A stretch of 43,154 nucleotides of DNA from positions 32,996,841 through 33,039,994 of the forward strand of contig NC_069000.1 of assembly GCF_001194135.2 (NCBI RefSeq), in the 5' to 3' direction. Every line of letters starts with the position of its first letter. Position 1 is the stretch's first letter. Origin of the DNA: Octopus bimaculoides (taxonomy: Eukaryota). The notes beneath the pieces are model-generated. The model worked only from the letters and a program-made list of their open reading frames with translations. It made no database searches and was not told the origin of the DNA. The position numbers were made by a program, and so were the translations under genes. Of this stretch, positions 36,053 through 43,154 are shown in pieces.

Positions 36053-36250
36053 GTGGGGGTCCGCCAGCGTTTGACAACCGATGCTGGTGTGTTTATATCC
36101 ACATAACTTAGCTTTCGGCAAAAGAGCCCGATAGAATAAGTACCAGACTTACGAAGAATAAGTCTTGCGGTCGATCTCTTCGCTTAAAACCCTTTAAGGC
36201 TCCAGCATGGCTACAGTCAAATGACTGAAACAGGTAAAAGAATAAAAGAC
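35824..36250 (+). mobile_element. Full-length SINE family B with an internal (TA)n microsatellite
   Basis: Head GTGTGGTAAGAAGCTTGCTTCC...TTCAGTCCCACTGCGTGGCAC, core TTTGGTAGACGGAAACTGAAAGAAACCCGTCG, (TA)n 35988-36049, tail ...CAGTCAAATGACTGAAACAGGTAAAAGA. Confidence 0.85.
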
Positions 36251-37429
36251 AATAATATTATACACGGACTTTTCAAAAGCAAATATACACCCTCAATATG
36301 CCGTTTTATTTGTGCGGACACTATTCCTTAGTACGATGTTCAAACGGATTAAATCATTAAGAACTGCACAAGGCATGTCTACTAAATTATCCTTCCCAGA
36401 ACTGCAACATCAACAGCTGCGCGAAATCGGTGATGAGAACATCACCTGCAGAAGCAGCCATAATATCAAGAGCCCCAACAATGATACTATCACCCACATC
36501 CATACAGATGAGCGTTGTAGCTCACTTGAGTATTTTGGTTCTAGAAATATATCGTCAAAACAATTTTTTTGATGCCTATTTAGTTTTTGAGATATCTGTG
36601 TATAATTTAACTTTGAAGATGGCATAAAAAAAAACAGTATGGCCACGGCTGGCATGTCTTTGATGATCGATCTACTCGAGCTAGGTTGACCTACAGTTAA
36701 ACAAAGCATGCATTATCTGAAGCAACAACAACGAATTCGTNNNNNNNNNNNNNNNNNNNNNNNNNNNNNNNNNNNNNNNNNNNNNNNNNNNNNNNNNNNN
36801 NNNNNNNNNNNNNNNNNNNNNNNNNNNNNNNNNNNNNNNNNNNNNNNNNNNNNNNNNNNNNNNNNNNNNNNNNNNNNNNNNNNNNNNNNNNNNNNNNNNN
36901 NNNNNNNNNNNNNNNNNNNNNNNNNNNNNNNNNNNNNNNNNNNNNNNNNNNNNNNNNNNNNNNNNNNNNNNNNNNNNNNNNNNNNNNNNNNNNNNNNNNN
37001 NNNNNNNNNNNNNNNNNNNNNNNNNNNNNNNNNNNNNNNNNNNNNNNNNNNNNNNNNNNNNNNNNNNNNNNNNNNNNNNNNNNNNNNNNNNNNNNNNNNN
37101 NNNNNNNNNNNNNNNNNNNNNNNNNNNNNNNNNNNNNNNNNNNNNNNNNNNNNNNNNNNNNNNNNNNNNNNNNNNNNNNNNNNNNNNNNNNNNNNNNNNN
37201 NNNNNNNNNNNNNNNNNNNNNNNNNNNNNNNNNNNNNNNNNNNNNNNNNNNNNNNNNNNNNNNNNNNNNNNNNNNNNNNNNNNNNNNNNNNNNNNNNNNN
37301 NNNNNNNNNNNNNNNNNNGGAGGAGGAGGAGGAGGAGGAGGTGCAGCAGCAGCAGCAGCAGCAGCAAGAGGAGAAGCAGGAGGAGAGACAGCGTACGTGG
37401 TGGTAGCCAAAGATTACCATTATCATTAT

Positions 37430-38220
37430 TATTTTCATCATTGATGTGAACTGGCAGTGTCGTTCAAAGCGCCGGACAAAATCCACTGTAGCATTTTTCC
37501 GATTTCTTACGACCAAATTTCAAACTCCGCTTCATTTTTCATCCAAAGTTCCAATCAAGTAGTGGGGTCAATGGTACCAGCTTAACACCGTACCCCAAAT
37601 TTCGGGCCTATATTTGAAACAATCATTATTTTCATAATTATTGACCGTGGACGAGAATTATCGCTAGAGCATCTGTCACAATTCCTTGTGACACTTATTA
37701 CACCTTTTCATTTTCTGAGTTCAAATCCAGCTTTTCTTCTTTCCATGATTGATAAAGTTAAAAAAGAAACTTCTCATATACTGGTTCAATATAGTCGGCT
37801 TTCCCTCCACACAAAGTTTTGGCTTTGTGCCTATGTTAGCAACGACTATTAATGTTAGCAACTATTGTTGTTGCAAGTCAGCGAGCTAGGAGAATCGTTA
37901 GCACTCCTTACAAAATGCTCCGTGGTATTTCGTCTATCCTTACGTTCTGAGTTCAATTTCTACCGTGATCAACATCCTTTCGGGGTCAATGTAATCGGCT
38001 AGTACCCACAACAAAAACTTCATGCCTTGTGCCTACAAGAGAAAGGATTATTCCTAGGACTGTTGACAGTATCGATAGTTCGTTGATCAAAATTGTTTCG
38101 GCTTTTATCGTTTTGGGTTTAAATCCCACCGAGATTAAAACCATCTAAGATCCTTTCGTGTCTCTATAAAATAAATCACTATTGAAGAAGTAATATCGAT
38201 ATTATCAGCTACCTTCCTCC
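37430..38220 (+). mobile_element. Cluster of about four diverged tandem SINE family A copies
   Basis: Repeated TTCTGAGTTCAA, GGGGTCAATG, GCCTTGTGCCTA and ATTATT-tail motifs. Confidence 0.6.
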
Positions 38221-39775
38221 TTCAAATATATGACCATACGCCAGTGTTACAAATCATTAATAAAATGGCAAAACAGGAGAGTCAGCAATATCGGACAAAA
38301 TGCTTTGGTTATACATCCGCTGATCCCAAATTTACATTCTGGTCAGATAGTTTTTATGTTTAATCCATCTAGGGCCAATGAAATAAGTTCTAATGAACAC
38401 TATGTTAATTAAATCGGCTACACCAATGTCTCGCAAAGGACTTTGTGGGAAACGATGAGTTTTGTGAAGAAGGCTGTTTTGTATCTGAAACTTTGTATCG
38501 AAGAATTGATTCGTATGAGTGTGGATGGTCTTTCTCAAGATCAAAAGTAACGCTTGAGCGAAATGAATTGACAGCCACCAACGGACGATAACTTTTCCCC
38601 AAGATTCATCGTCTTTACTAAAAAAAGACCTTAACCTTCAATTGCCGAGACCACTTAGCGGTGAAGTGGTTACTGCAGGTAATACCATGATTTTTAAATG
38701 CATTGAGACACACACCGTATATGATGGCATATAATTCTAATTTTTTTCCCCAACAAATATCTCAAACTGTCACCCCGGTTCCCATATGCAAAATTGGGCC
38801 AATATTATATGTTTTAATGTACTATAACCTATTTTCCTCTATATGCACTGCTGAAATTGAGGTGCTTCTGATATGCCTTTGCCTCTTTTATGAAATCAAA
38901 TACAGAACTTTGAGTATCACATGCAATCGTTGCTGTATGCCAGAATGTCAGCGCTTACTTTTCCTCCAGTTACTTAATATATTTTTCCATTTAATTTGTA
39001 CCACAGAGTCTACGGATGACTTCATATTTTTTCATGATTATTGTAGTTGTAAGTCAGAAGTGAAAGAACAGGCTCACGTCATCTACAGCCCCGCAAAGCA
39101 CTAGTGTTATTACAACTCTTTATTGATACTCCTTACAAACCCATCGTTTCTGCTTCACTTCTTACTTTGCTGTTCTCATCACCTCGCCGCTGCCGCCACC
39201 ACAATCGTCCTTGTCGTCGTCGTATTCCAGCACAAATCTTCGAGGGGTGTATCAATTAACAATTTCAAAATTGCATTATATGAAATAATATTTCATATTA
39301 TATCCGTAAATATAAAATTTATGTTAATTTCACCGAACTTCCATTATACTTCTACCATAATCCGCCGTTCGCATATACCACAGGAGAAGTAACCAATACT
39401 ATTTTCCCTGAAAGATTTCATACTTTGAGTGATCTAATTATTTATTTTGTCTTTATGCCACCTGTTGTACGAAATCTCGTTTGAAATCTCATTTACACTC
39501 ATTCGGACAAAATGGCCGATTTTATACTAGGTTTTCTTTAAACTACGATTAAATAACTGTGTATTAATTACATAAAACTATTGGTATACAGTTAAGAGGG
39601 AACAGCCATTTAAAAGAAATTACGAATTGCACAACGCGAAGTTGATCACTCACATTCTAGTTCATCCCTGACACACACACACCCGATCATATATATACTC
39701 ATACATACATACATACATACATACATACATACATTCATACATACATACATATACACATACACACACACGCACACG

Positions 39776-39812
<37 letters not shown>

Positions 39813-40183
39813 GTATGTCAAATCCCATATAACAAAATTTCCTGATTTATCAAAGTTACGTTCTAGCGTATATAGGATTAGATATAGAGGTATACGTCGG
39901 CAAAAACTAGCTACGTTGCTGAATGGAGTACCTTGTGGTATTTTTTCTGCATCATGTTATAACGACATTCCTTTATCACTCTAGTCGCCACACATCGGAT
40001 GAAGGAAGGCACACATGAAACAAACAATGCCTTGATAAAATGACATGCGTGATAAAAAGTGGGATGTCCATATACAGTTTCATATAAACATATATGTCAG
40101 CATACTTACATAATTAACTGGGTTATATATACGCAATAGAAGAGAGGGGGAGAGAGAGTGAGAGGGAGAGAGAGAGTGAGAGG

Positions 40184-40185
40184 GA

Positions 40186-40233
<48 letters not shown>

Positions 40234-40260
40234 AGGAAAGAAAGAAAGAAGGAAAGAAAG
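40184..40260. repeat. (GAAA)n microsatellite
   Basis: Directly visible. Confidence 0.95.
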
Positions 40261-41122
40261 ACGGATCGAAGACACAGCAATGTTTGATTAACTGGAGCAT
40301 TGTTGATTCGAAAGCAAAATATCTCTGTTGAATAAACTTATAAATTACAAAGTACAATTGTATTTGTATTGGCATACCTAAAAGTGTGTGAGTATTTGTG
40401 TGTGTGTGTGTGTGAAAGAGAGAGAGAGAGAGGAGTATGTGTGTGTACGTATGTGCGCGTGTGTGTGCATGTATCTGTGTGTAGGCGCGCGTGTGTGTAT
40501 ATGTGTGTGTTTTGCTTATATATATAAATGATATTTTTTGATCATACTAGTTCAGCTGAACACAGGTTCTTCGCCAAAAAATTCTACCGTATACCTATAT
40601 ATTTATGCATACATGTATGTATGTATATTTATGTAATTATAAATTATATATGTATATATGTATGTATGCCTGCATGTATGTATGTATATATGTATGTATG
40701 TATATATGTATGTATGCCTGAATGTGTGTGTGTTCTATTACTCTTATTCAGAGTAAATTTTGTCCCGTCAACCACTTGGTAGCCAGTTTGCGAGCAAAAG
40801 TATCTTGTTTTAACCATTATCCTTTACATTTTAAGAAGGTCGATTTTTATAATCCCAGATATCGTAATCGTTTGTAGCATACGATTTAAGGATTTACAAG
40901 ATACTAAGTTCAGCCATACTTTAGCTTCAGGCGGGTTGTTATGTATCCTGTTGCTCCAATAACAATATGTATGAAGCTGAAAGTGTATCTTGGGTACTGG
41001 ATGTATGTATGCCTTTATGTATGTAGATATGTTTTCTTGCGTGTGAGATTTCATGTATGTATGTACGTATTTACGTATGTAAGATTTTCTGTATGCATGA
41101 ATGTATCTATTTTTGCATGTGT

Positions 41123-41407
41123 GGAGGCGCAATGGCCCAGTGGTTAGGGCAGCGGACACGTGGTCATACGATCTCGGTTTGATTCCCAGACCGGGTGTTG
41201 TGAGTGTTTATTGAGCGAAAACACCTAAAGCTCCACGAGGCTCCGGCAGGGGATGGTGGCCAACCCTGCTGTACTCTTCCACCAAAACTTTCTCTCACTC
41301 TTACTTCCTGTTTCTGTTGTGCCTGTAATTCAAAGGGCCAGCCTTGTCACACTGTGTCACGCTGAATATCCCCGAGAACTACGTTAAGGGTACACGTGTC
41401 TGTGGAG
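41123..41407 (+). mobile_element. tRNA-derived SINE, well preserved, 3' end in gap
   Basis: Head GGAGGCGCAATGGCCCAGTGGTTAGGG...GGTTTGATTCCC with A and B boxes. The body resembles a recalled cephalopod SINE. Confidence 0.75.
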
Positions 41408-41780
41408 NNNNNNNNNNNNNNNNNNNNNNNNNNNNNNNNNNNNNNNNNNNNNNNNNNNNNNNNNNNNNNNNNNNNNNNNNNNNNNNNNNNNNNNNNNNNN
41501 NNNNNNNNNNNNNNNNNNNNNNNNNNNNNNNNNNNNNNNNNNNNNNNNNNNNNNNNNNNNNNNNNNNNNNNNNNNNNNNNNNNNNNNNNNNNNNNNNNNN
41601 NNNNNNNNNNNNNNNNNNCAGAAGGCTTGTGTTACGTGGTTAAAGTATATATTTAAATTATGTCAGAAAAATATTAGAAAAATGTTAGAAAATCTTTTTG
41701 GTATATAAACATTGTATTTTGAGAAATAACCGGTTTCGTGTTGTCTTTTCAAATTTATCTACTTCATTGTGTCATCTTCT

Positions 41781-41950
41781 TTCTTTTATTTGTTTCAGTC
41801 ATTTGACTGCGGCCATGCTGGAGCACCGCCTTTGGTCTAAAAAAAAGAAACCCCGTACTCATTCAATCTCTCTCTTTTGCCGAACCGCTATGTTACGGGG
41901 ACGTGAATACACCAACATCGGTTGTCAAGCGATGGTGGGGGACAAACACA
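41781..41950 (-). mobile_element. SINE family B 3' half
   Basis: TGTTTCAGTCATTTGACTGCGGCCATGCTGGAGCACCGCC...GCCGAACCGCTA...CATCGGTTGTCAAGCGATGG. Confidence 0.85.
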
Positions 41951-42899
41951 GACACACAAACACACACACACACACACACACATATGTGTGCATATATGTG
42001 TGCGTGCATATGTGCGTGTTCGTGTGTCTGTATGTGTGTTGACTGGTAAACGTCTTCAGTAACCTAAACGTAAAGTAGAGTATCTATATTTTATTAGAAT
42101 TTGCAGCTTTTTGAATAATAAATTTGAGAAGCTCAGTCTCCAATTTCAAAACCGAGCACAGCTTGACAAAAATATCAATATATTTGCAAATACATTCAAA
42201 TATGATTAGTTGACGGTAAGTTGTAAATTTTTTGCTCTCACAACCTCTACCACCAGAAGCACCACTGAACAAATAACATTTGAGAATGGGACACGCCTTC
42301 ATCTCTTCATTGCCATGCATAGAAAAATGATGCTTGCATCAGTTCACGTGCAAAAACTGTTGTTTTCTGATTTTCTATGCCTTATTGTCAAAAGTACATG
42401 GAAAATGGAACATAGATTCTTCAGTTATTAAAACTATTTCTGAATATAGAGGATATGTCACATTTATCATATGGCCGGCTACTTACCAGTCTGAGCTATT
42501 CCTCTTAATTCTTCACTTCTATCTCCCTTGGCTGATAGAGATAGGGTTGGACACTTCTTCTGCTGATACCGGGACAGAACACGTGTCCACGACTATTCTC
42601 TTATATCCAGACAATATACCTGAACTTTTGTTGAAAGGATTGTCATCACTGGAGAAATTTTGATTGTTGAAATTATTTCCCCAACTCATGAGAAGCTGGT
42701 CGTAAATGGCACATGATGACTATAGCACTTCCTCTGGAGATGGAGATAATTCTAATGCATCAACAATTTCTGTTGTGTGGTATTTCATATGTCTGTATTT
42801 GAATTGTTGCTCAAAGAGAAGCTGCTGGCTATTCTGAGCTGTTTCTTTTGCCTCATTTCCATTTGAATTATATGTATGTGAATGTTATTGTGTACGTGT

Positions 42900-43009
42900 A
42901 TTAACAGACAGACATAAAGACAGGCAGGCAGGCAGGCAGGCAGACAGACAGTCAGACAGTCAGACAGACAGACAGTCAGGCAGACAGACAGTCAGACAGA
43001 CAGGCAGAC

Positions 43010-43063
<54 letters not shown>

Positions 43064-43109
43064 GTCGGGTGGTAGGTAGGTAGGTAGGTAGGTAGGTAGG
43101 TAAGGTAAG

Positions 43110-43154
<45 letters not shown>
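42900..43154. repeat. Compound tetranucleotide microsatellite (CAGG/CAGA/GATA/GGTA)
   Basis: Directly visible. Confidence 0.95.

Noticed and set aside
41123-41200. tRNA-like sequence with A and B boxes (also near 1100-1165 and 12835-12855)
   Set aside because: No full cloverleaf, and 41123 and 1100 continue into SINE bodies, so these are SINE heads rather than tRNA genes.
42084-42860. Minus-strand C2-like words (VVLLVVEVVRAKNL; IDIFVKL) and a perfect donor at 42487/42486, as possible 5' exons of the gene
   Set aside because: The words lie in different frames with an in-frame stop and no donor. Worth an RNA-seq look but unsupported as is.

Overview
AT-rich, microsatellite-saturated animal genomic scaffold with 16 N-gaps, most starting in or next to simple repeats. 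The SINE families and repeat landscape suggest an octopus (cephalopod) short-read assembly; this is inferred from recalled repeat families, not a database search. Most ORFs in the track are microsatellite or N artefacts. Supported content: (1) four phase-checked minus-strand exons (35042-34857, 31947-31835, 28568-28420, 26721-26115), plus one candidate, of an unrecognised gene with a C2-like beta-rich region followed by a long coiled coil; (2) two Penelope-like retroelement remnants with GIY-YIG endonuclease sequence, plus solo copies of a Penelope terminal repeat; (3) a structurally complete type I hammerhead ribozyme at 16129-16180 and several degenerate hammerhead motifs in unrelated short repeats; (4) a young R4/Dong LINE fragment in an (AAT)n tract, flanked by an exact 120-bp duplication just upstream of an exon; (5) a CR1-like LINE 3' end, a mariner-type MITE, a fold-back MITE-like hairpin and many tRNA-derived SINEs. 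No rRNA, true tRNA or CRISPR array is present.
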